Shown here: piece after piece, positions 11,001-20,500 of the stretch
How positions within the stretch are numbered: the first letter of the stretch is position 1
Layout: each line of letters starts with the position of its first letter
Assembly (NCBI GenBank): GCA_963826115.1
Contig: CAWGVS010000005.1
Coordinates: 1,728,001 to 1,792,000, forward strand
Direction: 5' to 3'
Length of the DNA: 64,000 nt
Origin: an uncultured Candidatus Rokubacteria bacterium
Lineage (GTDB): Bacteria; Methylomirabilota; Methylomirabilia; Rokubacteriales; DASRDR01
Notes under the pieces: model-generated
Told to the model about the DNA's origin: nothing
The model's input: only the letters and a program-made list of their open reading frames with translations
Databases searched by the model: none
Position numbers and translations under genes: made by a program

Positions 11001-14000
11001 ACGATCGCAGTTACCCCTCGATCCGTGACCGGGCGCGTGGTCCTTGATCGCCAGATGATCCACGTCGAGGACATTCAGGCGTCTGACCCGGAATTCCCCG
11101 AGACGCTGGAACGCGTGCGGCTCGCTCACGTCCCGACTCGTACGCTGCTTGCCACGCCACTGCTACGCGAAGACGTGCCCATCGGGGTCATTACCTTGCG
11201 GAAGAGAGAAGTCCAGCTCTTCACGGCCAAGCAGATCGAGCTGGCCGAGACCTTCGCCGCTCAGGCGGTCATCGCCATCGAGAACGTCCGGCTGTTCACG
11301 GAGCTGGAAGGGAAGAACCTGGCCCTCACGAAGGCCCATGCCCAGGTCACGGAGGCGCTCGATCAGCAGACCGCCACGAGCGAGATCCTGCGGGTCATCT
11401 CGAGCTCGCCGACCGACGTCCAACCGGTGTTCGACGCCATCGTCGGGAGTGCGGTGCGGCTGTGCGAGGCGCAGTACGGCGCCGTGTTCAGCTTCGACGG
11501 CCAGCTCGTCCATCTTGTCGCGCATCACAACTTCTCCGACGAATGGCTGGAGAGTGTTCGCGAGGAGTATCCGATGCATCCGACCCCGACTCGCATCTCA
11601 GGCCGGGCGATCTTGAGCGGCTCGGTAGTCCAGATTCCCGACCACACTCTGGATCCAGACTACGCGAACCCTCATACGGGGCACCGTGGCTTCCGAAGTC
11701 TGCTGGGTGTGCCGATTCTCCGGAGCGGCGCGCCCATCGGATCCATCGTCATTTACCGGCCGGAGGCTGGCCCGTTTCCCGAAAAGCAGATCGAGCTGCT
11801 GAAGACCTTTGCTGACCAGGCGGTGATCGCGATCGAGAACGTGCGGCTGTTCACGGAGCTCGAGGCCCGCAACCGCGAGCTGACCGAGTCACTGGAGCAG
11901 CAGACCGCCACCGCGGAGATCCTGCGGGTCATCTCCAGCTCCCCGACCAACCTCCAGCCGGTGATGGACGTCGTGGCTCAGAGTGCCGCGCGATTCTGCG
12001 GTGCCCGTGATGTCGACCTCTTTCGCTTGGAAGGAGATTCTCTTCGGCTTTTCGCGAGACATGGGCTCATGCCTGGGTCAACGCCGATCGGCGGCACTAT
12101 CCCCTTGAGTCGTCAGGCCGTGGGCGGACGAGCGGTGCTTGATCGTCAAACGATTCACATCGAGGACTTGCTGGCGCTACCCGAGACGGAATTCCCTGAG
12201 ACGCTAGCCCGCATGCGGCGTTCGGGCTTCCCCTTTCGGACGAATCTGGCCACCCCACTCGTGCGCGAAGGCGTCCCTATCGGAGTCATTTTAATGCGAC
12301 GGGCAGAGGTGCAGCCCTTCACCGACAAGCAGATCGAGCTGGCCGAGACCTTCGCCGCTCAGGCGGTCATCGCCATCGAGAACGTCCGGCTGTTCACGGA
12401 GCTCGAGCGGCGAAATCGCGAGCTGACGGAGGCCCTGGAGCAGCAGACGGCGACGGCGGAGATCCTGCGGGTCATCTCCAGGTCGCCGACCGACGCCCAG
12501 CCGGTCTTCGACGCGATCGTCCATAGTGCGGTGCCGTTATGCGACGCCGACATGGGTTCGGTCTTTCGGTTCGATGGGAACCTGATCCACTGGGTTGCCC
12601 AGCACGGCATGACGCCGAAGAGACTTGAGGCGATGCACCGGGAGTTCCCGCGCCCGCCGGACGTCGGCAGCACCACAGGCCGCGCAATCCTCACGCGCGG
12701 CGTGGTCCACATCGACATCGCCGAGGACCCGGAGTACGCCGCCGAGGCCCTCGTGCAGGCAGGCTTCCGCATTGCCCTGACCGTGCCCATGCTGCGAGAC
12801 GGTAGCCCGATCGGCGCGATCAGTGTCGCGCGCGAGGCCGGCCGGCCCTTCAGCGACACGCAGATCGCGCTCCTCCAGACCTTCGCCGATCAGGCCGTGA
12901 TCGCGATCGAGAACGTCCGGCTCTTCCAGGAGCTTCAGGCCCGGACGGCCCAGCTCACCCGATCGGTCTCGGAGCTGCAAGGGGCTCGGCGAGGTCAGCC
13001 AGTCAGTCACGGCCACCCTCGATCTCGAGACGGTATTGAACACGATCGTGTCCCGAGCTGCCCAGCTGGCGGGCGCGGATGGCGCCTCCGTCCACGAGTA
13101 TGACGAGACCACCCGTGAGTTCCAGCTCCGGGCGGCTCACAACTACGAACCGGAGCTCATCGAGTTTCTCCGAGCCATGCCGGTCCGGATGGGCGAGGGT
13201 TTGACAGGGCGTGCCGTCGAACGGCGGGAGCCGGTGCAAGTGGCCGACATCCTCCCGGAGGGGGCCTACCAGAGCCACGTGCGAGACATCATGCTTCGGA
13301 CGGGTTACCGGGCGCTGCTGACAGTCCCGCTACTGCGCGAGGACCAGGTGATCGGCGTGCTCGCGGTGAACCGGCGAATGCCGGGAGAGTTCGCGCCCGA
13401 GGTCGTGGAGCTCCTGAAGACGTTCGCCACTCAGTCGGCGCTGGCCATCCAGAACGCGCGGCTCTTCCGCGAGGTCGAGGAGAAGGGCCGCGAGCTCGCG
13501 GTCGCCAGCCAGCACAAGTCCCAGTTCCTGGCCAACATGAGCCACGAGCTCCGGACACCCCTGAACGCCGTCCTCGGCTACACGGAGCTGATCCTCGACG
13601 AGACCTTCGGCGAGGTGCCCGAGCCGATCCGGGACAGCCTGGAGCGCGCCAGGAACAGCGGCCAGCACCTGCTCGGCCTGATCAACGACGTCCTCGATCT
13701 CTCCAAGATCGAGGCCGGTCAGCTCACCCTGTCCCTGACCGACTACGCCATGGAAGAGGTCACGCACGCCGTCGCGACGAACGTGGAGTCCCTCGCGGCC
13801 GAGAAGAAGCTCGCGCTGCGCGTCAGCGTGCCGCCCGACCTGCCGCCCGGCAAGGGCGACTCGAGCGCCGGATCGCCCAGGTGCTGCTGAACCTGGTGGG
13901 CAACGCCATCAAGTTCACCGAGGTGGGCGAGGTCCGGATGGAGGTGACCGTCTCGGATGGCACGTTCGTGGTTTCGGTGGTCGACACGGGCCCCGGGATC

Positions 14001-14217
14001 TCGGCGGCCGATCAGGCGAGGATCTTCGAGGAATTTCAGCAGGCCGACAGCTCCAGCACTCGGAACAAGGGCGGGACCGGCCTCGGTCTGGCCATCGCCA
14101 AGCGCATCGTCGAGATGCACGGCGGCCGGATCTGGGTGGAGTCCACCGTCGGCGCAGGGCTCGACCTTCCGGTTCACGCTGCCGGTGCGCGTCGAGCGGC
14201 AAGTGGCGGCCCCGTGA
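8064..14217 (+). CDS. Ten-GAF-domain sensor histidine kinase (HisKA + HATPase), frameshifted at about 12981, 13861 and 14160
   Basis: Nine GAF repeats in ORF 8064-13103. Tenth GAF and H-box ([14 protein letters not shown]) in ORF 13036-13890. N box [15 protein letters not shown] and GTGLGL in the next frame; the C-terminus STFRFTLP*14217 after a further shift. Removing 1+2+1 nt restores [22 protein letters not shown] and GAGSTFRF. Confidence 0.88.
8600..12960 (+). repeat. Intragenic array of conserved GAF-to-GAF linkers, period about 530-555 nt
   Basis: Recurring [48 protein letters not shown]. A 78-nt exact duplicate lies at 11228-11305 and 12326-12403. Confidence 0.9.
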
Positions 14218-14579
14218 GCAAGCGAATCCTGGTGGTCGAGGATCACGAGGAGAACCGGCGGATCCTGCGCCTCCTCCTGACCAAGGCGGGCTTCGAGCTG
14301 ATCGAGGCGGAGACGGGGGAGGACGGCGTGCGACTGGCGGAGACGGAGCGCCCCGATCTCATCCTCATGGACATCCAGCTTCCCGGCCTCGACGGCTACG
14401 AGGCGACCCGCCGGATCAAGGCGAACCCGGAGCTTCGCGCCGTCCCGCTCATCGTGGTGACGTCGTACGCGCTGAGCGGCGACGACGTGAAGGCCTTCGA
14501 GGCCGGCTGCGACGCCTACGTGACCAAGCCCTTCGTCCCCCGGCAGCTCCTGGCCAAGATCCGCGAGTACCTCGGATAG
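14214..14579 (+). CDS. Single-domain response regulator (DivK/CheY-like)
   Basis: GTGA overlap with the kinase stop; ILVVED, LILMDIQLPGLDG, TKP. Confidence 0.9.
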   Translation: MSKRILVVEDHEENRRILRLLLTKAGFELIEAETGEDGVRLAETERPDLILMDIQLPGLDGYEATRRIKANPELRAVPLIVVTSYALSGDDVKAFEAGCDAYVTKPFVPRQLLAKIREYLG

Positions 14580-14599
14580 AGATCGAGGAGCCGCCCCTC

Positions 14600-15754
14600 G
14601 TGCGAACGCCGCCGCGCATCCTCGTCGTGGACGACATGGCGGCGAACCTCCACATCCTGCAGCTCCGGCTCTCGGCCCAGGGCTACGAGGTGCTCACCGC
14701 CACCGACGGCGAGGCAGCGTTGACGGCGGCCCGGGAATCGCAGCCCGACCTGATCCTCCTGGACGTCATGATGCCCAAGGTGGACGGGCTCGAGGTCTGC
14801 CGCCGGCTCCGCGGGGACCCCTCCTTCCCGTTCACGCCGATCATCATGATCACCGCGAAGGCCGATCCGAAGGACGTCGTGGCAGGCCTCGAGGCGGGCG
14901 GCGACGAGTACCTGACCAAGCCCGTGGACCAGGTCGCCCTGGTGGCCCGCGTCAAGTCGATGCTGCGCATCAAGCAGCTCCACGACTCGGTGGAGGCGAT
15001 GACCGTCAGGCTGTCCGAGTGGAACCGGACGCTCGAGCAGCGCGTCGACGCCCAGGTGGCCCAGCTCGAGCGGCTCTCGCGGCTCAAGCGCTTCTTCTCC
15101 CCCCAGCTCGCCGAGCTGATCGTGGAGGGAGGCGCCGGGGATCCCCTCCAGACGCACCGGCGGGAGGTCACCGTCGTCTTCCTGGACCTGCGGGGCTTCA
15201 CGGCCTTCGCGGAGACCGCGGAGCCGGAGGAGGTCATGGGGGTCCTCCGCGAATACCACGCGGCGATGGGCGGCCTGATCCTCGCCCACGAGGGTACCCT
15301 GGAGCGCTTCGCCGGGGACGGCATGATGGTCTTCTTCAACGATCCCGTGCCCGTCCCGGACGCCCCGGAGCGCGCGGTCCGGATGGCGCTCGCCATGCGG
15401 GATCGGGCCGGGGAGCTCGGCGCCCGGTGGCGCAAGCGCGGTCACGAGCTCGACATCGGGATCGGCATCGCGCAGGGATTCGCCACGATCGGCGCGATCG
15501 GCTTCGAGGGGCGCCTGGACTACGGCGCGATAGGGACCGTCACCAACCTGGCGGCGCGCCTGTGCGGGGCGGCGAAGCCCGGCCAGATCCTGGTCTCCCA
15601 GCGCCTCCTGGGAGTCGTCGAGGCGCTCGCGGAGGCAGAAGCGGTCGGGGAGCTCTCGTTCAAGGGGTTCTCGAGGCCCGTCCCGACGTTCAACGTCGTG
15701 CGGTTGAAGGCGCCGGGCCCGAGCGGCGCGCGCCCGGGAGTCTCTCCCGCCTGA
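14600..15754 (+). CDS. Response regulator receiver fused to a class III nucleotide cyclase
   Basis: ILVVDD...LLDVMMP receiver; VFLDLRGFT, GDG, NLAARL cyclase motifs. Confidence 0.92.
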   Translation: MRTPPRILVVDDMAANLHILQLRLSAQGYEVLTATDGEAALTAARESQPDLILLDVMMPKVDGLEVCRRLRGDPSFPFTPIIMITAKADPKDVVAGLEAGGDEYLTKPVDQVALVARVKSMLRIKQLHDSVEAMTVRLSEWNRTLEQRVDAQVAQLERLSRLKRFFSPQLAELIVEGGAGDPLQTHRREVTVVFLDLRGFTAFAETAEPEEVMGVLREYHAAMGGLILAHEGTLERFAGDGMMVFFNDPVPVPDAPERAVRMALAMRDRAGELGARWRKRGHELDIGIGIAQGFATIGAIGFEGRLDYGAIGTVTNLAARLCGAAKPGQILVSQRLLGVVEALAEAEAVGELSFKGFSRPVPTFNVVRLKAPGPSGARPGVSPA

Positions 15755-15760
15755 CGGCGG

Positions 15761-16537
15761 TCAGCCAGCGGCACCGCCGAGCAGGGACAGCGTCTCGTCG
15801 TGGAGGCGCCCGTTCGAGGCCACCGCGGTGCCGGAGTAGATCGTGGGCCGGCCGGTGAAGTCGGTGAATCGGCCCCCCGCCTCCTCGAAGAGGACCTTGA
15901 AGGGCGCGATGTCCCAGGGCTTCACGTCGGCCTCCAGCATGACCTCGGCCTGACCGCGCAGGACGAAGGTGTAGCCGAAGTAGTCTCCGAAGCCGCGCTG
16001 GCGGTCCGTACGCTCGACGAGACGGACGAATCCGTCCCACCACCGGCCGCCGTCGAGCGGGCGCAGGAGATTCAGGCTCGAGTGCACCAGCATGGCGTCG
16101 CCGAGGTCGTCCACCGGCGACACGCGGAGCGGGACATCGTCCGCCCACGCGCCCTGCCCGCGCCGCGCCCAGAAGAGCTCGCCGGTCGCCGGGGAGTGCA
16201 CGATGCCGAGCGTGACCTCCCCGTCCTCCTCCAGGGCGAGGAGCGTCGCCCAGTAGGGAATCCCGCGGACGAAGTTCTTGGTGCCGTCGATCGGGTCGAT
16301 GATCCAGCGCCGCGACTGGTTTCCCTGGGCCCCGAACTCCTCGCCGAGGAACCCGACGTCCGGGAACTCGCGCCGGAGCCGCTCCACGATGGCGATCTCC
16401 GCCTCGTGGTCCGCCTGGGTGACCGGCGTCTGGTCCGCCTTCCGCATGACGCGGACGTCGCCGCGGAAGTATCGGAGGGCGATCCCGCCGGCGGTGCGCG
16501 CCGCGTCCAGCGCGGCCGCCAGCACGCGGTCGGTCAC
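15761..16537 (-). CDS. hisN: Histidinol-phosphatase / inositol monophosphatase family protein
   Basis: KADQTPVTQAD, GEE, WIIDPIDGTKNFVRG, RGFGDY, KPWD; GTG start overlaps the upstream TGA. Confidence 0.75.
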   Translation of the reverse strand: MTDRVLAAALDAARTAGGIALRYFRGDVRVMRKADQTPVTQADHEAEIAIVERLRREFPDVGFLGEEFGAQGNQSRRWIIDPIDGTKNFVRGIPYWATLLALEEDGEVTLGIVHSPATGELFWARRGQGAWADDVPLRVSPVDDLGDAMLVHSSLNLLRPLDGGRWWDGFVRLVERTDRQRGFGDYFGYTFVLRGQAEVMLEADVKPWDIAPFKVLFEEAGGRFTDFTGRPTIYSGTAVASNGRLHDETLSLLGGAAG

Positions 16538-17731
16538 GACCGGGGAAGCCCGAGCACGCGCTCGCCGATGATGTTGCGCTGGATCTCGGACGTCCCGCCG
16601 GCGATCGCGAAACGGCGGGCGAAAACCGCCTGGAAAGCCCAGCGGCCGGCGTCCGGCGCCTGCGGCGCGTCCCGCCAGAGCTGACCCCGGAGCCCGAGGA
16701 TGCCGCTCGCCGTCTCCGCCATCCGCACGTAGGCATCGGTGAAGCCGAGCTTCAGCACCGAGCCCTCGGGACCGGGTGGCTCGCCGCGCAGCCGGCGCGT
16801 CACGGCGCGGAGACTCGTGTACCGGAGGGTCTCCGCGTCGATCCAGCACTGGGCGAGCGCCTGCCGGACGACCGGGTCCTTCGAGGCGGGCGCGGCGCCC
16901 CGCGTGGTCCGGCGGGCCAGGTCGAGGAGGCACCGGGTGAAGTGGTGGAGATTCGTCTGGTTGCCGAGACCCGTGCGCTCGTACATGAGGACCGTGATCG
17001 CGACCTTCCAGCCTCCGTGGAGCGGCCCGAGGAGCGCCTCGCGCGGCACCCGCACGTCGTCGAAGAAGACCTCGTTGAACTCCGCGTCGCCCGTGATCTG
17101 AACCAGGGGCCGGACGGAGACGCCGGGGCTCCGCATGTCGACCAGGAGGCACGAGATCCCCTCGTGCTTCGGCGCCCCGGGGTCCGTGCGAACGAGGAGG
17201 ATGCACCACTGGCTCCGGTGGGCGTTCGAGGTCCACACCTTCTGGCCGGAAACGCGGAAGACGTCGCCGTCCAGGACCGCCCGGGTACGGAGAGCCGCCA
17301 GGTCGGAGCCGGCGCCCGGCTCGGAGAAGCCCTGGCACCAGATGTCCTCCGCCGCGAGGATGGGAGGAAGGAACCGGCGCCGCTGCGCCTCGGTCCCCCA
17401 CTCCATGATCCCGGGGCCCGCGAGCATGAGGCCGATCGTGTTCACGCCCGGCGGCGCCCCCGCGCGCACCATCTCCTCCTGGAAGATCATCTGCTCGATC
17501 AGGCTCGCCCCGCGCCCACCGTACTCGCGCGGCCACGCGATGCCGACCCAGCCGCCCGCGTGGAGGCGCCGGTGCCATGCCGAGACACGAGTCGAAGGAG
17601 CGATCGGGGTGGAGGGTGAACTCGTCGTCGGTGGCGGGCCAGTCGGCACGGTGCGCGGGCAGCTCGCGCTCGAGCCACGCCCGAAGGTCCGCGCGGAACG
17701 CCTCCTCGGCAGGCGAGAACGCGAAGTCCAT
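16534..17731 (-). CDS. Acyl-CoA dehydrogenase, frameshifted near 17580
   Basis: N-terminus MDFAFSPAEEAFRADLRAWL in one frame; continuation AWHRRLHAGGW, WCQGFSEPGAGSDL, GQKVWTS, IAGGTSEIQRNII in another. One extra G explains the shift. Confidence 0.88.
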
Positions 17732-17816
17732 GGTCAGGCCGTTTGGTAACACACGCGGCAGGGGCGGTCAAGGACGCGCGCCCCAATTGCGTCGCGGTTG
17801 CGGTACCCTGGCCCGG

Positions 17817-18419
17817 ATGGCGGAGTGTTGCGCGATCCACGCTGTCCCTGCCCGTCAGCGCCGTGTACTCCAGGCAGTCCTCTGGATCAACGCGGTCATG
17901 TTCGGCGCCGAGGCGGTGGGCGGGGTGATCGCGCGGTCAACGGCGCTGTTCGCCGATTCGCTGGACATGCTGGGTGACGCCGCGGTCTACGGTTTCAGTC
18001 TCTACGTGATCTCGCGTGGTCCGAGGTGGCAGGCGCGGGCGGCCCTCCTGAAGGGTTTCATCATGGCGGCGCTCGGCGCGGGCGTGTTCCTCCAGGCGGC
18101 GCTCAAGATAGCCTACGCGCTCACGCCGACCGTCGAGGTCATGGGGTGGCTCGGTCTGCTGGCGCTTCTCGCCAATCTCGTGTGCCTCGGGCTCCTCCGG
18201 AGCCGACGGCACGACGACCTCAACATGCGCTCGGCCTGGGTCTGCTCGCGTAACGACGTCGTGGGAAACGTCGCCGTCCTCATCGCCGCCGCGGGCGTTT
18301 CCGTCTCGGGTTCCGCGTGGCCCGACATCGTCGTCGGCCTGACCGTCGCGGGAATCGTCTCCTATTCGGCCGTCAAGGTCATCAGCGAAGCCAGGCGCGA
18401 GGCCGTCCAGGCAATCTGA
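17817..18419 (+). CDS. Short CDF-like cation transporter (transmembrane part only)
   Basis: STALFADSLDMLGD, DLNMRSAWVCSRND, WPDIVVG; N-terminal CC. Confidence 0.8.
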   Translation: MAECCAIHAVPARQRRVLQAVLWINAVMFGAEAVGGVIARSTALFADSLDMLGDAAVYGFSLYVISRGPRWQARAALLKGFIMAALGAGVFLQAALKIAYALTPTVEVMGWLGLLALLANLVCLGLLRSRRHDDLNMRSAWVCSRNDVVGNVAVLIAAAGVSVSGSAWPDIVVGLTVAGIVSYSAVKVISEARREAVQAI

Positions 18420-18518
18420 GCGCCGCCAGCCCGATCCGACGCGGCTTGCGCCGCCGCGCGTCCTGATCGAGAATCGGCGCGCAGTGGCCGAATCGTCACC
18501 CACAACCCGGAGGCCTCG

Positions 18519-18917
18519 ATGCCCAAGCAGCAATACTGCGCGAAGACCACCTTCGACTCGCCGTCCTACAGCCAGGGCGTCAAGGTCAGCGGGCCCGGCA
18601 CGACGCTCTACATCTCCGGCCAGATCTCGCAGGACGCCAAGGGCCACGTCGTGGGCCGGGGCGACTTCCCGGCGCAGGCCCGCCAGACGCTCAAGAACCT
18701 GAAGGCGATGGTCGAGGCCGGCGGCGGCAAGCTGACGGACGTCGTCAAGCTGACCTTCTTCCTCACCGACGTCCGCTACCGGCAGGACCTGGTGCCGATC
18801 CGCGAGGAGTTCTTCGGCCCGAAGCTCCCGGCGTCGACCCTGATCACGACCCCCGCGCTCGCGCACCCCGACTACCTCATCGAGATCGAGGCCATCGCCT
18901 TCGTGGAGGGCCGCTGA
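18519..18917 (+). CDS. RidA/YjgF family protein
   Basis: YSQG, LYISGQ, PASTL, IEIEAIA. Confidence 0.88.
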   Translation: MPKQQYCAKTTFDSPSYSQGVKVSGPGTTLYISGQISQDAKGHVVGRGDFPAQARQTLKNLKAMVEAGGGKLTDVVKLTFFLTDVRYRQDLVPIREEFFGPKLPASTLITTPALAHPDYLIEIEAIAFVEGR

Positions 18918-19684
18918 TGCGGCTCGAGGGCAAGGTCGCGGTCGTCACGGGCGCGGCCCGGGGCATCGGGCTCGCGATCGCCCAGCGGTTCGTCCGCGAG
19001 GGCGCGCGGGTCGCGCTGGCCGACCGGCTCGCCGCCGAGGTCGAGACCGAGGCCGCGAGGCTCGGGGCGTCGGCGCTCGCCGTCCCGACCGACGTCGGCG
19101 ACTCGGGAGAGGTCCACCGCCTGGTCGCGCGGACCGTGGAGCGGTTCGGCCGGCTCGACTGCATGGTGGCGAACGCCGCGGTCCAGGCCGAGATCCCCTT
19201 CCTCGACCTCACCGAGGAGGAGTTCGACCGCGTGATCCGGGTGAACCTGAAGGGCACGTTCCTCTGCGGCCAGGCCGCGGCGCGCCACATGGTCCAGACG
19301 GGCACCCGGGGCACGATCATCAACATGAGCTCCGTCAACGCCGTCGTTGCCCACCCGGTGCTGGTCCACTACGCGGCGTCGAAGGGCGGCATCTCCATGC
19401 TCACCAAGGGCATGGCCGTCTCGCTCGCGCCGCACGGCATCCGCGTCAACGGCATCGGCCCCGGCACCACCAACACGCCGATCAACGCCAACTTCTTCAG
19501 CATGCCGGGCATGATCGACCGGTTCCTCATGCGAACCCCGCTGGGACGCATCGCCGAGGCGGACGAGATCGCCAGCGTCGCCCTGTTCCTGGCCTCCGAC
19601 GAGGCGTCCTACGTGACGGGCACCACGATCTACGCCGACGGCGGACGGCTCGCGCTCAACGGCCTGATGGCCCGGCCGCAGTAG
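18917..19684 (+). CDS. SDR family oxidoreductase
   Basis: TGAARGIG, YAASK, VNGIGPG. Confidence 0.92.
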   Translation: MRLEGKVAVVTGAARGIGLAIAQRFVREGARVALADRLAAEVETEAARLGASALAVPTDVGDSGEVHRLVARTVERFGRLDCMVANAAVQAEIPFLDLTEEEFDRVIRVNLKGTFLCGQAAARHMVQTGTRGTIINMSSVNAVVAHPVLVHYAASKGGISMLTKGMAVSLAPHGIRVNGIGPGTTNTPINANFFSMPGMIDRFLMRTPLGRIAEADEIASVALFLASDEASYVTGTTIYADGGRLALNGLMARPQ

Positions 19685-19690
19685 AGACCC

Positions 19691-20473
19691 GTGGCCGTCC
19701 TCGATCGCTTCCGCCTCGACGGCAAGCGCGCCTTCGTGACGGGGGGCAGCCGGGGGCTGGGCCGCGAGATCGCGCTCGCGCTGGCCGAGGCCGGAGCGGA
19801 CGTCATCCTCGTCGGCCGCGACCGCCCCGCCCTCGACGCGGCCGCCGCCGACGTCACGCGACGCGGGCGGGTGGCGGTCGTCATCCAGGCGGACCTGAGC
19901 CAGCCGCTCGAGGCGGAGCGAGCGTGCCGCACCGCCCTCGAGCGCCACGGCCCCGTTCACATCCTGGTCAACAACGTCGGGGGCCGGCTCACCGACGCGC
20001 CGACCGAGGCGCTCGATCTCGAGCAGTGGCAGGAGGTCCTCGACCTCAACCTCACCAGCACGTTCATTTGCACGAAGCTGATCGGGGGCGCCATGGTCCG
20101 CCGCGGCCAGGGCGGCCGGGTCGTCAACGTGGCGTCGGTGTCCGGGCTCGTCGCGAGCCGCGGCGCCGGGGGGCGGGGCTACGAGACCAGCAAGGCGGCG
20201 GTGATCCACTTCACGCGCGCGGTGGCAACGGACTGGGCGCCCCACCGCGTCACGGTGAACGCCATCGCGCCGGGCATCTTCCTGACGGAGCCGAACGCCC
20301 GCCGGAGCCGGCTCGATCCGGCCGCCGCGGACGCGTCTCGCGGGCAGATCCCCATGGGAGAGTTCGGCCGCGCGGAGGACCTGGGTCCCCTCGTCGTCTA
20401 CCTGGCGAGCGACGCCTCGCGCTACATGACCGGCGCGGTCCTCGTCATCGACGGCGGCTACACCGCCTGGTAA
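19691..20473 (+). CDS. SDR family oxidoreductase (gluconate 5-dehydrogenase/KduD-like)
   Basis: TGGSRGLG, YETSK, VNAIAPG, IDGGY. Confidence 0.9.
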   Translation: MAVLDRFRLDGKRAFVTGGSRGLGREIALALAEAGADVILVGRDRPALDAAAADVTRRGRVAVVIQADLSQPLEAERACRTALERHGPVHILVNNVGGRLTDAPTEALDLEQWQEVLDLNLTSTFICTKLIGGAMVRRGQGGRVVNVASVSGLVASRGAGGRGYETSKAAVIHFTRAVATDWAPHRVTVNAIAPGIFLTEPNARRSRLDPAAADASRGQIPMGEFGRAEDLGPLVVYLASDASRYMTGAVLVIDGGYTAW

Positions 20474-20500
20474 GCGGGCGGAGCCGGCGGCGGCCCGGGC

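Noticed and set aside
8600-12960. Regularly spaced DNA repeats considered as a CRISPR array or DGR template/variable repeats
   Set aside because: The period is about 540 nt, the repeats are in-frame protein linkers, there is no cas or reverse transcriptase gene, and no adenine-specific mismatch pattern is evident.
8064-13460. GAF domains as phytochrome/cyanobacteriochrome photosensors
   Set aside because: No DIP, DxCF or CH bilin-binding motifs; the conserved Cys sits in the first helix region.
13881-14579. Apparent HATPase-receiver fusion ORF (232 aa)
   Set aside because: Product of the frameshift near 14160. The true kinase end (STFRFTLP...*14217) is in another frame and the receiver has its own GTG at 14214.
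15761-17752. 663-aa ORF joining an acyl-CoA dehydrogenase N-terminus to HisN
   Set aside because: The middle is out-of-frame Arg/Gly/Pro-rich text caused by the indel near 17580; these are two separate genes with a GTGA overlap.
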